The position numbers and the translations under genes were made by a program. Below the pieces are notes generated by a model, which worked only from the letters and a program-made list of their open reading frames with translations, made no database searches and had not been told where the DNA came from. Shown piece by piece: positions 31,880 to 42,661 of a DNA stretch of 64,000 nt; the first letter of the stretch is position 1, and every line of letters starts with the position of its first letter. The stretch comes from Negativicutes bacterium (GTDB lineage: Bacteria > Bacillota > Negativicutes > UBA1444): the NCBI GenBank assembly GCA_963665275.2, contig CAXXIN010000018.1:352001-416000 (forward strand). Reading direction: 5' to 3'.

Positions 31880-32006
31880 ACGTTATTTAGTATATCATCG
31901 TATCGTCCAGCCGTCACCCGCAGATTCCTGCAGTCTTGTTCAGGAAAGCTCCCGGATTTGATATAATGACTCTGAAACAGGAGATTTCTCATCGATAGAG
32001 GAGGAT

Positions 32007-32807
32007 ATGATGTTCACGATTGATGAATTGGTACAACCGGAAACTCTCAATGAGGCGTCCGCAATATTGACGGATTCGCCGGACGTGGTTGTTTTGGGCG
32101 GATGCGGCTTTTTGAAACTGGGCTCGCGCCGAATCCGCAAGGCAATGGATCTCTCCCTCTGTGGATTGGGATCCATTGGTGAAAACACAGAATCCATTCA
32201 AATCGGCGCCATGGCAACACTATATGACATAGAGACCAATGGCTCACTAAGAGGCTTGTTCAATGGGATTGTTTCCAAAGCCGTCGGAAATATTCTGGGA
32301 ACACAATTTCGCCGCTGTGCGACAATTGGTGCTTCTGTCTATTCCAAATATGGCTTTTCAGATATTATTCCATCCTTGATGGTGCTCGACACCGATGTTG
32401 AGCTATTAAAGAATGGCCGCATGCCCTTGAAAGAATTTCTGGATAAACCGATAACTCGGGATATTTTGACTAATATTTTCATTAAGAAGGATGACCGTCA
32501 AGCGTCATATCAAAATATGCGCAACGCCAGCGCCGATTTTCCGATTCTGAATTCAGCCGTTTCCAAAACCGGAAACCGATGGACGGTTGTAGTTGGGGCA
32601 CGACCCGCGCGGTCGCAGATTGCGGTGGAAGCTTCAAGGCAGTTATCAGATATGACCGAAGATACTATCGATGCGGGCAGGATAGCCTCGATCGTCTCGC
32701 AGGAGCTTTCTTTCAGTGGTAATAATAAGGCGACGGCCGAATATCGGCAAGCGATTTCGCAAGTGTTAGTAAAACGGGCTATCGAGGAGGTTTTGTCATG
32801 CAAATAG
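32007..32807 (+). CDS. xanthine dehydrogenase family FAD-binding subunit
   Basis: P.TL.EA, IGAM.TL, QFR..ATIG, GARP, AEYR motifs. Confidence 0.85.
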   Translation: MMFTIDELVQPETLNEASAILTDSPDVVVLGGCGFLKLGSRRIRKAMDLSLCGLGSIGENTESIQIGAMATLYDIETNGSLRGLFNGIVSKAVGNILGTQFRRCATIGASVYSKYGFSDIIPSLMVLDTDVELLKNGRMPLKEFLDKPITRDILTNIFIKKDDRQASYQNMRNASADFPILNSAVSKTGNRWTVVVGARPARSQIAVEASRQLSDMTEDTIDAGRIASIVSQELSFSGNNKATAEYRQAISQVLVKRAIEEVLSCK

Positions 32808-33253
32808 ATTTTATATTGAATGAAAAAAAATGTTGCCTCGAAGTTGCTCCAGATGAGATGTTAGCCGATACTCTGCGAAAAATTGGGATGCTCAGTATCC
32901 GCCAGGGGTGTGATACCTCGTGTTGTGGGTTGTGTTCGGTATGGATTGAGCGTAGTCCTGTCCTTTCTTGCACCATACCGGCTTTTCGCGTCCAGGGGAA
33001 AAAGGTGACCACCATTGAAGGGGTGCAAACAGAGGCGGAGAAATTTGCCCGCATTCTGGCAGCAGAAGGAGCCGAGCAGTGCGGTTTTTGCAGCCCAGGA
33101 TTTATCATGACGGTATTGGCTATGAAAAATGAGTTGTCGAATCCCACGGACGAAGCGATAAAACACTACCTGGCGGGGAATCTATGCCGCTGTACCGGCT
33201 ATATGGGGCAGATGCGCGCCGTCAAAACCTATCTGGAGGTGACTGCATCATGA
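32798..33253 (+). CDS. xanthine dehydrogenase family (2Fe-2S) subunit
   Basis: GCDTSCCGLC..C and QCGFCSPG..NLCRCTGY. Confidence 0.93.
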   Translation: MQIDFILNEKKCCLEVAPDEMLADTLRKIGMLSIRQGCDTSCCGLCSVWIERSPVLSCTIPAFRVQGKKVTTIEGVQTEAEKFARILAAEGAEQCGFCSPGFIMTVLAMKNELSNPTDEAIKHYLAGNLCRCTGYMGQMRAVKTYLEVTAS

Positions 33254-35544
33254 AATGGGTCGGTAAGAGTGTCCCCAAGATAGACGGAGTTGCCATAGCG
33301 ACAGGCAAGCCACTGTATACTGAAGATATGGTGGTTGGCGGCGCACTGACAGTTAAACTGTTGCGCAGTCCCCATGCTTTTGCCAGGATCAAAACTATTG
33401 ATACGGTCGCAGCGCGGGCCATGGCTGGTGTGGAGTGCGTTCTCACTTTTCAGGATGTACCCAAAGTACGGTTTACCACCGCGGGACAGTCATTCCCCGA
33501 ACCCTCGCCCTACGACAGGCTGATTCTCGATGAGTGGGTTCGGTTTGTAGGCGACGCAGTCGCAATTGTTGCAGCAGTCGATGAGAAAACTGCGATCGCC
33601 GCCATGGATCTAATTCGCGTTGAATATGAAGTTTTAGAGCCTGTTTTGGATTTGGCCACTGCAATTGATAATGTGAGTATTGTCCACCCTGAAAATGACG
33701 TACATTGCAATGTTCCTATCGGGCTGGATAAAAACAGAAATATAGCGTCAGCATATACGGTGGAATATGGAGATATCGAAGGCGAACTTGCGCAATGCGA
33801 CGTCGTAGTGGAAGAATCCTACCGTACGCAGGCGCAGGCGCAGGCGATGATGGAAACCTTCAGAACTTTTACCCAGCTGGATCATACGGGCCGCCTGGTG
33901 GTGATTAGTTCAACACAGATCCCGTTTCATGTACGTCGTCAATTGGCCCGAGCGCTGCAAATCCCTTCTACTCAAATCCGTGTAATCAAACCCCGCATTG
34001 GCGGCGGTTTTGGCGCTAAACAGACAGGTGTGTCCGAAATGTACGCCGCAATCGTCACGTTGAAAACTGGTAAACCGGCAAAAATCGTATATGGACGCAA
34101 AGAAACCTTTATTGCTTCCAACAGTCGTCACGCAACTCAGTTCATCGTCCGCATGGGGGCAACCTGCGATGGAATCATTCGGGCCATTGACATTCAGGGA
34201 CGTTCTGATACCGGTGCGTATGGAGAGCATGCACCCACAGTCTTTTTTGTTATTGGAGACAAGACTTTGCCTCTCTACAACAAGACAAAAGCGGTGCGAT
34301 TTGGCGGCCATGCAGTTTACACCAATAAACAACCGGGCGGAGCACTGCGGGGCTACGGGGCAACACAGGGGACTTTCATTCAGGAATCCACAGTCAATAA
34401 ATTAGCGGAAGCACTTGGGATGGATCCGGTTGAACTTCGCTTGAAAAACCTTATTCAGGAAGGCGAAACTTCGTTGTATTATCAAGGTAAAAAACTGGGC
34501 AGTTCCTCGTTGCACCGTTGTATTGCCAGAGGCAAGGAACTCATCGGATGGGATGAAAAGTTCCCCCGTATCGAAAAAGACGGTAAGGTCCGGTCGGTTG
34601 GTATGGCTGTTACCATGCAGGGGTCCGGAATCGCCAACATCGATACCGCTTCGGCGGAAATTCGCCTTGGGGACGATGGTAACTATCTGTTGCTCGTAGG
34701 ATCAACCGATATGGGAACAGGCAGTGACACAATCCTGCTGCAGATGGCGGCTGAGGTGATGAATAGCAGCATGGAACGTTTCGCGATCCATGCTGCCGAT
34801 ACTGATGTATCCCCCTTTGATCCGGGTTCCTATGCCTCCAGCACTACTTATGTAACTGGCATGGCGGTGAAAAAAGCGGCGGAGGAACTACGGGAGAAAA
34901 TCATTGCGGCGGCGGCGCAGGCATTGACAGTGCCGGTTACTGAACTGGATTTTGACGGCGACCGTTGTTATCATGGACCAACAGGCAGCGAAATCAGCGT
35001 GGCCCAAATTGCGGTGAACTCTGTTGTTGGGCCGAATCATCGACAATTGTCCGGTTATGCAACTTTCGGCAGTCCAATTTCCCCGCCGCCTTATATGGCA
35101 GGCTTTGCTGAAGTGGAAGTCGACAAGGCGACCGGAAAGGTGATATTACTCGATTATGTAGCAGTAGTTGACTGCGGCACAGTGGTCAATCCCAATCTCG
35201 CGAGGGTTCAGACGGAAGGCGGGATCGTTCAGGGGATTGGCATGGCACTGTTTGAAGAGGTACAGTACGATTCGCGTGGTACTCTTCAATCAAACTCCTT
35301 CATGACCTATAAAATTCCCGGGCGTCAAGACATCGGGCAAATTCGAGTCGAATTTATCGAGAGTCATGAGCCGACGGGTCCTTTCGGCGCAAAATCTATT
35401 GGTGAGGTGGTTATCAATACGCCACCGCCGGCGATAGCGGCTGCTGTCTACAATGCCGTAGGCGTTAGAATTACTGATTTACCGATTACACCGGAGAAAG
35501 TTTTTATGGGTATGCAATCGGTTCAAACGAAAACTGAGTTGTGA
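33250..35544 (+). CDS. xanthine dehydrogenase family molybdopterin-binding subunit (XdhD-like)
   Basis: RSPHA.A, STQ.P, GGGFGAK, RGYG..Q, DMGTG, Q.EGG..QG.G, GAKSIGE. Confidence 0.92.
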   Translation: MKWVGKSVPKIDGVAIATGKPLYTEDMVVGGALTVKLLRSPHAFARIKTIDTVAARAMAGVECVLTFQDVPKVRFTTAGQSFPEPSPYDRLILDEWVRFVGDAVAIVAAVDEKTAIAAMDLIRVEYEVLEPVLDLATAIDNVSIVHPENDVHCNVPIGLDKNRNIASAYTVEYGDIEGELAQCDVVVEESYRTQAQAQAMMETFRTFTQLDHTGRLVVISSTQIPFHVRRQLARALQIPSTQIRVIKPRIGGGFGAKQTGVSEMYAAIVTLKTGKPAKIVYGRKETFIASNSRHATQFIVRMGATCDGIIRAIDIQGRSDTGAYGEHAPTVFFVIGDKTLPLYNKTKAVRFGGHAVYTNKQPGGALRGYGATQGTFIQESTVNKLAEALGMDPVELRLKNLIQEGETSLYYQGKKLGSSSLHRCIARGKELIGWDEKFPRIEKDGKVRSVGMAVTMQGSGIANIDTASAEIRLGDDGNYLLLVGSTDMGTGSDTILLQMAAEVMNSSMERFAIHAADTDVSPFDPGSYASSTTYVTGMAVKKAAEELREKIIAAAAQALTVPVTELDFDGDRCYHGPTGSEISVAQIAVNSVVGPNHRQLSGYATFGSPISPPPYMAGFAEVEVDKATGKVILLDYVAVVDCGTVVNPNLARVQTEGGIVQGIGMALFEEVQYDSRGTLQSNSFMTYKIPGRQDIGQIRVEFIESHEPTGPFGAKSIGEVVINTPPPAIAAAVYNAVGVRITDLPITPEKVFMGMQSVQTKTEL

Positions 35545-35547
35545 GAT

Positions 35548-35588
35548 AAGTGGAGGGAAGCCTCGTACGTAGAGGTTCTCCTCCACTT
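35548..35588 (+). terminator. hairpin terminator after the xdh-like operon
   Basis: AAGTGGAGGGAAGCCTC/GAGGTTCTCCTCCACTT imperfect inverted repeat. Confidence 0.6.
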
Positions 35589-35683
35589 ACTCTTGCGAAA
35601 TAGTGCCGCTTCGATGGACTTTACATGCATTTTTGTATATAATTTAACAATATGACAGAGGGCGAATCAGGGGGAAATGCGAA

Positions 35684-36517
35684 ATGAAATTCACCAAGTG
35701 GCAGGGAATCGGCAACGATTTTGTGATAGTGAATGGGTTTCAGGAGAAAATCGAAGATTACCCGAGTAAAGCAATCGAAATCTGTGACCGACATTTCGGT
35801 ATTGGCGCAGATGGCCTTGTAATCGCCTTACCATCGGAAATTGCAGATTTTCGTATGCGGATTTTCAACTCGGACGGCAGTGAAGCCGAAATGTGTGGCA
35901 ACGTCACCCGGTGTTTTGCCCGCTATGTTTATGAAAATGGGCTAACCACCAAAACAGAATTAACGATTGAAACTCTGGCCGGGATCATCAAGCCTAGACT
36001 GCTGTTTGAAGGCGACACGGTTTCAGCGGTTTGCGTGGACATGGGTGAACCCAGACTGAAAAGAGGAGCAATCCCCATGACCGGTGATCCGGATGATCAG
36101 GCTGTTAATATCCCGCTCATTGTGGGCGATGCCAAGTATGACATCACTTGTGTCAGTATGGGGAATCCGCATTGCATTATCTTTTCAGAGGAGGCGGAGA
36201 CGTTAGATCTGCAGGCATTGGGCCGACCGATCGAGGTTCATCCAATGTTTCCCCGCAAGACTAATGTTGAATTCGTTCGAGTTATCAACCGGCAGACGAT
36301 AAGCATGCGGGTTTGGGAACGCGGCGCCGGCGTTACGCTGGCCTGTGGAACCGGCGCCTGCGCCGCAGTGGTTGCTGCCGTACTGAATGACAAGACGGAT
36401 CGGCAGGTTTTGGTGCATCTGGACGGAGGGGACCTTTTCATCGAATGGCGTGCCGATAATCATATTTATAAAACCGGCCCTGCTGTTGAAGTTTTTCGGG
36501 GCGAGTATTTAAGGTAA
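35684..36517 (+). CDS. dapF: diaminopimelate epimerase
   Basis: GNDF, DRHFGIGADG, EMCGN, MGNPH, WERG.G.TLACGTG. Confidence 0.97.
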   Translation: MKFTKWQGIGNDFVIVNGFQEKIEDYPSKAIEICDRHFGIGADGLVIALPSEIADFRMRIFNSDGSEAEMCGNVTRCFARYVYENGLTTKTELTIETLAGIIKPRLLFEGDTVSAVCVDMGEPRLKRGAIPMTGDPDDQAVNIPLIVGDAKYDITCVSMGNPHCIIFSEEAETLDLQALGRPIEVHPMFPRKTNVEFVRVINRQTISMRVWERGAGVTLACGTGACAAVVAAVLNDKTDRQVLVHLDGGDLFIEWRADNHIYKTGPAVEVFRGEYLR

Positions 36518-36546
36518 AATCACTGAATAGATGGAGGCGGAATAGT

Positions 36547-37714
36547 TTGGAAAGAGCAGAAAGAATCAAAAAAGTTCCCCCGTATTTGTTTGCGTTGATC
36601 GACAAAAAGAAACGGGAAGCCATCGCGAAAGGCGTCGATATTATCAGCTTCGGCATCGGTGATCCCGATCAGCCAACTTCACCACAAATCGTGGAGAAAA
36701 TGTGTGAGGCGGTTCGAGCACCCAAGAATCATCGCTATCCCGATTATGAGGGTTCGCCTGAGTTTCGGTCGGCAGTGGCTGCTTGGTACAAAAAACGTTT
36801 TGACGTGACATTGGATCCTTCGAATGAAGTCATGACCCTCATCGGTTCCAAAGAGGGGATTGCACATATTTTCCTTGCTTTTGTTGATCCCGGCGATTAC
36901 TCTTTGATTCCTGATCCGGCGTATCCGGTTTATAAACTGGGAACTATGTTCGCGAATGGCGTGCCTTATTTCATGCCTTTAACGGCGGAAAACAAGTTTC
37001 TGCCCGATTTTGCGGCAATTCCCACGGACATTGCCAAAAAGGCCAAGATCATGTTCCTCAACTACCCGAACAATCCGACGGCTGCTATCGCAGACCTGGG
37101 CTTCTTTAGTGAAGCCGTGGCCTTCTGTAAACAATACGATATCATTCTGTGTCACGATAACGCCTATTCGGAAATGGCCTTTGACGGCTACCGTCCGCCC
37201 AGTATTCTCCAAGTTCCTGGCGCTATGGACATCGCCGTTGAATTTGGCTCCCTTTCCAAACCCTTCAATATGACCGGTTGGCGTATGGGCTTCGCAGTCG
37301 GTTGTTCAGAAGTCATCGCCGGTCTCGGAATTATCAAGACCAACGTAGATTCGGGTCAGTTCACCGCTGTACAGGATGCTGGAATCGAAGCGCTGTTGAA
37401 TATTGACCCCAATTTCATACCGGGAATGAACAAACTTTATCAAGCACGACGGGATGTCTTGATTGATGGATTGAACTCGATGGGTTGGAATATGGAAAAG
37501 AGCAAAGCCACTTTCTATGTTTGGGCGCCGGTTCCGGCTGGTTATGACTCCATGAGTTTTACGGAAGCGATGCTCGAAAAATGCGGCATCATCGTGGTTC
37601 CTGGCGTCGGTTATGGACCGTCCGGTGAAGGCTATGTCCGCTTTGCATTGACACTCGATGAGTCCAGAATTCGCGAGGCCCTTGGGCCGCATGAAACAGC
37701 ACCTCGCCCTGTAG
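36547..37714 (+). CDS. dapL: LL-diaminopimelate aminotransferase; one extra G near 37685 extends the frame to 37842 as sequenced
   Basis: PPYLF, GIGDPD.PT, GSKEG, NYPNNPT, D.AY, SLSK.FNMTGWR.G; removing one G gives ..EALGRMKQHLAL*; follows dapF. Confidence 0.85.
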
Positions 37715-37747
37715 CAGCGATCGCGTTCAATCGAGGGGGAATCCTTT

Positions 37748-38635
37748 TTGTTCAAAAGCATGACAGGCTTCGGCCGTGGCGAATTTCAAGACAGCGATCA
37801 TCGGTTTATTGTAGAGATCCGTTCGGTCAATCATCGTTTTAATGAGGTTGTGATTCGAGTCCCCAAGCATCTGGGCGGGGTGGAAGATCGTATCAGAAAG
37901 AGTATTGCAGGCACTTTGGCCCGAGGCCGCATCGACATCGTGATTACTGCGGATGACTTTATGGAACGCCGCCGTACGATTCGCGTCGACAAAGGGCTGG
38001 CGAACGGATATTATCAGGCGGTCAAGGATGTGGCTGAGACCTGCGGACTCGACATCCGTACGGTTAGCGCCTATGATATCGCGAAATTTCCTGACGTATT
38101 GAAAGTGGAAGAAATGACTGAGGATCTGGAGACTCTTTGGCCGAAGCTTTCCGAAGCGATCAATCAGGCTTTGTCCAATTTGATGGCCATGCGGACTGCT
38201 GAAGGCGAAAACATCTATCGTGATCTGACGATGCGCATTGGCCGGATCCGGGAACTGGGCTCCGCGATTGCGTTGCGTGCCCCGGCTATTGTAGAAGAAT
38301 ACCGTGTAAAACTGCGCGAACGATGTCGTGAAATTTTAAGCGAGGTCAATGCGGCGCCTGATGAAGTTCGATTATTGCAAGAGGTTGCCATTATGGCCGA
38401 CCGGACAAATATTACAGAAGAGCTTGTGCGATTGGAAAGCCATTTGGATCAATTTGGAAATGCCATGCGAGGAGAAAACGCTGTTGGCCGAAAACTGGAC
38501 TTTATTTTGCAGGAATTGAACCGTGAGACTAATACCATTGGTTCGAAGTCCAATGACATATCCACAAGTGGTCTAATGGTCGAACTAAAGAGCGAGATCG
38601 AAAAGGTTCGGGAACAGATACAAAACATTGAATAG
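37748..38635 (+). CDS. yloC: YicC/YloC family endoribonuclease
   Basis: SMTGFG, E.RSVNHRF, EE..RL.SH, GRKLDF..QE.NRE.NTIGSK, REQIQNIE. Confidence 0.93.
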   Translation: MFKSMTGFGRGEFQDSDHRFIVEIRSVNHRFNEVVIRVPKHLGGVEDRIRKSIAGTLARGRIDIVITADDFMERRRTIRVDKGLANGYYQAVKDVAETCGLDIRTVSAYDIAKFPDVLKVEEMTEDLETLWPKLSEAINQALSNLMAMRTAEGENIYRDLTMRIGRIRELGSAIALRAPAIVEEYRVKLRERCREILSEVNAAPDEVRLLQEVAIMADRTNITEELVRLESHLDQFGNAMRGENAVGRKLDFILQELNRETNTIGSKSNDISTSGLMVELKSEIEKVREQIQNIE

Positions 38636-38650
38636 CGGAGGGTATTATTG

Positions 38651-38918
38651 ATGGATATCAAACTGCTGAACATTGGATTTGGCAATGTCGTTTTCAGTCA
38701 CCGGATCGTGGCAATTGTCGGACCGGATTCGGCTCCTATCAAGAGGTTGATTAGGAGATGCACGTGAAAAAGGCCGACTGATTGACGGAACTTATGGTCG
38801 CCGCACCCGTGCTGTGATCATAACGGACAGCGACCATGTCATCCTATCTTCGGTCCAGGCGGATACCGTAGCGCACCGTTTATATGCAAAGGATGCGGAG
38901 GAACAAGGTGACGCTTGA
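38651..38918 (+). CDS. remA: RemA/DUF370 regulator; +1 frameshift near 38753 as sequenced, absent from ORF track
   Basis: Manual reading [76 protein letters not shown]; yloC-remA-gmk-rpoZ synteny. Confidence 0.85.
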
Positions 38919-39567
38919 AGCGGAAACTCCCGATAATATAACCGGCAACCCCTCAGGTAGCTTGATTGTAATCTCCGGTCCTTCAGGAGCCGGCAAGGGT
39001 ACTATTGTCAAAGCGCTATTGGATCAATATCCCTCCATTCATTATTCCGTTTCCGCCACCACCCGTGCGCCAAGGGAAGGCGAAGTCAACGGTGTCAACT
39101 ACTGGTTTGTTTCACGTGAGGAATTTCAGAAGATGCGTGAGCAGGATGAGTTGTTGGAGTGGGCTGAAGTATATGGGAATTTTTACGGAACACCGCGACG
39201 ACGGGTTATGGAAGCGATCGCCCGGGGACACGACATCATTCTCGAAATCGACCCGCAGGGAGCCATGAAAATCAAGGATCGTTTTCCTGCTGCTGTATTT
39301 GTGTATATCATGCCGCCATCCCCACGAGAACTTACCAAACGAATTCGTGGCAGAGGAACGGAATCGCAGGAAGCCATCCGTTGTCGCCTGAATTCAGTGT
39401 CTGATGAGCTTCGCTACGTGCACGAGTACGATTACCTCGTTATCAATGATAACCTTAAAGAGGCCACCGCCGATGTTGCCTCCATCATTCGGGCAGAAAA
39501 GTGGCGAGTAAAGCGAAATGTACACATGATCGGTCTGGTTTGGGGCGTAGACCTTAAACAAAAGTAG
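38908..39567 (+). CDS. gmk: guanylate kinase
   Basis: [32 protein letters not shown]. Confidence 0.97.
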   Translation: MTLEAETPDNITGNPSGSLIVISGPSGAGKGTIVKALLDQYPSIHYSVSATTRAPREGEVNGVNYWFVSREEFQKMREQDELLEWAEVYGNFYGTPRRRVMEAIARGHDIILEIDPQGAMKIKDRFPAAVFVYIMPPSPRELTKRIRGRGTESQEAIRCRLNSVSDELRYVHEYDYLVINDNLKEATADVASIIRAEKWRVKRNVHMIGLVWGVDLKQK

Positions 39568-39585
39568 AGGAAGGGGAATACTGTT

Positions 39586-39792
39586 GTGATTTATCCATCA
39601 TTGGACCATCTGCTAAAAAAAGTGGATAGCAAATATACCCTGGTTGTTTTGACCGCCCGCCGAGCCCGTGAAGTTGTTGCTGGAGATCACTCAATGGTAC
39701 CGAGCAAATCCAACAAAGCCGTAACCATTGCCTTGGAAGAAATAGGCGCGGATAAAGTCACGTATGAACGCATCAAACCAATCGGCGGATAA
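39586..39792 (+). CDS. rpoZ: RNA polymerase omega subunit
   Basis: PS...LL.KVDSKY.LV...ARRAR, ALEEI. Confidence 0.95.
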   Translation: MIYPSLDHLLKKVDSKYTLVVLTARRAREVVAGDHSMVPSKSNKAVTIALEEIGADKVTYERIKPIGG

Positions 39793-39797
39793 TCAGC

Positions 39798-41032
39798 ATG
39801 TTGAAAGGTAAAACGGTTGTTCTCGGCGTATGTGGCGGAATCGCCGCGTACAAAGCGGTGGAAGTGGTCAGTCGACTGATCAAGTTGGAAGCTGAAGTTC
39901 ATGTAGTCATGACCGAAGCGGCTACCCGATTTGTCACGCCCCTTACTTTCCGTGAGATTTCCGGACAACCTGTTCATACAACTCTATGGGAAGAACCCAA
40001 AACCTGGAATGTTGAACATATTGCGCTTGCCCGTAGGGCTGACTTGTTCGTTATAGCGCCTGCTTCTGCCAATATGTTGGGTAAATTGGCCAATGGCATT
40101 GCGGACGATTTCCTCAGTACCACAGTAATGGCAACGCCGGCGCCAGTGCTGGTTTTTCCTGCGATGAACACCAATATGTACCTCAACCCTTCGACGCAGA
40201 ATAATATAACAACCCTTAAAAATCGAGGAGTTATGGTTGTTGAACCAGCTTCGGGGATGTTGGCCTGCGGTACGGAGGGAGTGGGCGCTTGCCTGAACCC
40301 TCAGAAATTGTTGAACGAATTGCGGCGCACTTTCGCTTCGCTGGTTCTTTGCAGGGAGTGCGTATATTGGTTACTGCCGGTGGAACTCGTGAGGCCATTG
40401 ATCCGGTACGCTTTATCGGTAACCGTTCCAGTGGAAAGATGGGATATGCCATAGCGGCAGCGGCAGCCGAGCGCGGCGCTGTTGTTACCTTGGTATCCGG
40501 ACCGGTTGCGCTGCCTGTGCCCTGTGGCGTGAATCGAATTTCAATTGAAAGTGCCGCCCAGATGCGCGAAGCGGTTCTAGTAGCCTTTCCTGACACCGAT
40601 ATTGTGATCAAGGCGGCAGCCGTAGCTGACTATCGACCAGAGACGGCCGCTCCACAAAAAATAAAAAAAGCATCAACACAAATGACTCTGGAGTTGACAA
40701 AGAATCCGGATATTCTTGCCGAGCTGGGTCAATTCAAGACAACTCAGTTTCTGGTGGGATTTGCGGCTGAAACTCAGGAACTGCTTGCTAATGCCGCTGA
40801 AAAGTTGCGCAAAAAAAATCTTGATATGTTGGTGGCCAATGATGTCACTCAGAGCGGCGCCGGTTTCGATGCCGATACCAATATTGTGAAGATTTTATCT
40901 CGGGATGGATCGGTGGAGGAGCTTCCTCTAATGAGCAAGTCTGAACTAGGTAGGGTAGTTCTCGACAAGATCATTGCCAAGTGCCCGGGTCTGGCAAAAA
41001 AAATCTTTGAAAACATTCAAGTAAAGGATTGA
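39798..41032 (+). CDS. coaBC: bifunctional PPC decarboxylase/synthetase CoaBC; one base missing near 40285 as sequenced
   Basis: GGIAAYK, PAMN..M, LACG.EG.G then (R)LPEP, TAGGT.E.IDPVR.I.N.SSGKMG, AAVADY, GFAAET. Confidence 0.92.
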
Positions 41033-41093
41033 TTTTTTGAGTCTTATCCATTAAAATTATACGCGTGCCTATCGCAATTGAATTAAATACTGA

Positions 41094-41227
41094 CCATCCA
41101 GAGCTGGCAGAGGGACAGGCCCGATGATGCCGCGGCAACCATTGATGTAATGTCAAAACGGTGCCAATTCCGGCGGGGAAACCCGCAAGATGGGAGAGCA
41201 TTGTCCTCCCATGTGGAGGTTTTTTTT
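41094..41227 (+). ncRNA. SAM-I (S-box) riboswitch with downstream terminator
   Basis: CCATCCAGAG..GAGGGACAGGCCCGATGA..GGCAACC..GGTGCCAATTCC..GATGG; terminator CCTCC..GGAGG plus T run; upstream of metK. Confidence 0.95.
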
Positions 41228-41273
41228 ATTGCCTTCGCAAAGTTCAATAATTTAAGGGAGGGTTTGGCAAGGG

Positions 41274-42449
41274 ATGAGAAAAAGGCTCTTTACGTCGGAA
41301 TCAGTAACAGAAGGGCATCCGGACAAAATCGCGGATCAGATATCTGATGCTGTGTTGGATGCTATTTTGGCTCAGGATCCGAACGGTCGTGTTGCCTGTG
41401 AAACTGTGGTTACTACCGGCCTGGTTCATGTGGTGGGCGAAATTACTACGAACTGTTATGTCGACATTAACCGCATTGTGCGTGATACCATTAAGGATAT
41501 TGGATATACCCGGGCCAAATACGGCTTTGATGGCGATACTTGCGGTGTGATGACCTCAATCGACGAACAATCGCCGGATATCGCCATGGGTGTGGATGTC
41601 GGCGGCGCCGGCGACCAAGGAATGATGTTCGGCTATGCTACCAACGAGACACCGGAGTTCATGCCGCTATCCATTGCACTGGCCCATAAGTTGGCCAAGC
41701 GCCTTACCGAGGTGCGTAAAAACTGCGAACTGAACTATTTGCGTCCCGATGGAAAAACGCAGGTTACGGTCGAATATGTAGACAACAAGCCGGTGCGGGT
41801 TGATACCATTGTTATTTCAACCCAGCATAGCCCTGATGTAAAAATATCTTATAACAGCGAACATGCAGGCGAAACCATGAGTGATACCGTGCGCGACTTC
41901 CTGGATAAAGTGGTGAAACCGATCGTTCCGCCAGAGCTTCTGGATGCCAACACCCGTTATTTTGTGAACCCGACCGGCAGTTTTGTAGTGGGTGGGCCGC
42001 AAAGTGACTCAGGGCTTACCGGGCGTAAAATCATTGTCGATACTTACGGCGGGATGGCTCGCCATGGTGGCGGCTGTTTCTCCGGCAAAGATCCAACCAA
42101 AGTCGATCGATCAGCCGCGTATGCAGCCCGTTACGTCGCCAAAAACGTTGTGGCGGCGGGTCTGGCGGATCGTTGTGAAATTCAGCTCGCCTATGCGATC
42201 GGTGTTGCGGAGCCAGTATCGGTTTTCGTTGAAACTTTTGGTACGGCAAAAGTGGCGGAAGATGTGATCGAAGATCTTATTGCCAAGCATTTCAACTTGA
42301 CTCCTGCAGGAATCATCAAAACCTTGGATCTGCGTCGTCCCATTTACAAGCAAACGGCTGCCTATGGGCATTTCGGACGAACTGATGTCGATCTGCCTTG
42401 GGAGAAGACCGACAAGGCTGCGATTCTCCGGCAGGAAGCCGGCCTATAG
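41274..42449 (+). CDS. metK: S-adenosylmethionine synthetase
   Basis: [41 protein letters not shown]. Confidence 0.98.
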   Translation: MRKRLFTSESVTEGHPDKIADQISDAVLDAILAQDPNGRVACETVVTTGLVHVVGEITTNCYVDINRIVRDTIKDIGYTRAKYGFDGDTCGVMTSIDEQSPDIAMGVDVGGAGDQGMMFGYATNETPEFMPLSIALAHKLAKRLTEVRKNCELNYLRPDGKTQVTVEYVDNKPVRVDTIVISTQHSPDVKISYNSEHAGETMSDTVRDFLDKVVKPIVPPELLDANTRYFVNPTGSFVVGGPQSDSGLTGRKIIVDTYGGMARHGGGCFSGKDPTKVDRSAAYAARYVAKNVVAAGLADRCEIQLAYAIGVAEPVSVFVETFGTAKVAEDVIEDLIAKHFNLTPAGIIKTLDLRRPIYKQTAAYGHFGRTDVDLPWEKTDKAAILRQEAGL

Positions 42450-42483
42450 TAGTTTTTTCTTACTAGAGCATTATCTTTTTTTT

Positions 42484-42521
42484 AGCGTAGCGAAGCTGGT
42501 ATTCCAGTTCGCTACGCTTTT
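42484..42521 (+). terminator. intrinsic terminator after metK
   Basis: AGCGTAGCGAA..TTCGCTACGCT followed by T residues. Confidence 0.7.
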
Positions 42522-42661
42522 CTTATTAAATTATCGGCAAGAGGCTGAATTTTCTGAGGAGTAAAATATATTTCTCAACTCAAGAGGGTTTTATTAGTAT
42601 TTATCGAAATAATAATTTGGAAGCAATTTCAAATTATTTTACGTAAGGTGGTGGAGATTGG

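Noticed and set aside
37715-37842. C-terminal extension of DapL overlapping yloC
   Set aside because: Artefact of one extra G near 37685; the corrected frame stops at 37714 with a normal length
40270-40300. Programmed ribosomal frameshift or natural split of coaBC into coaC and coaB
   Set aside because: No slippery heptamer and no RBS for the second part; adding one G restores the conserved GxGRLPEP junction, consistent with the other indels
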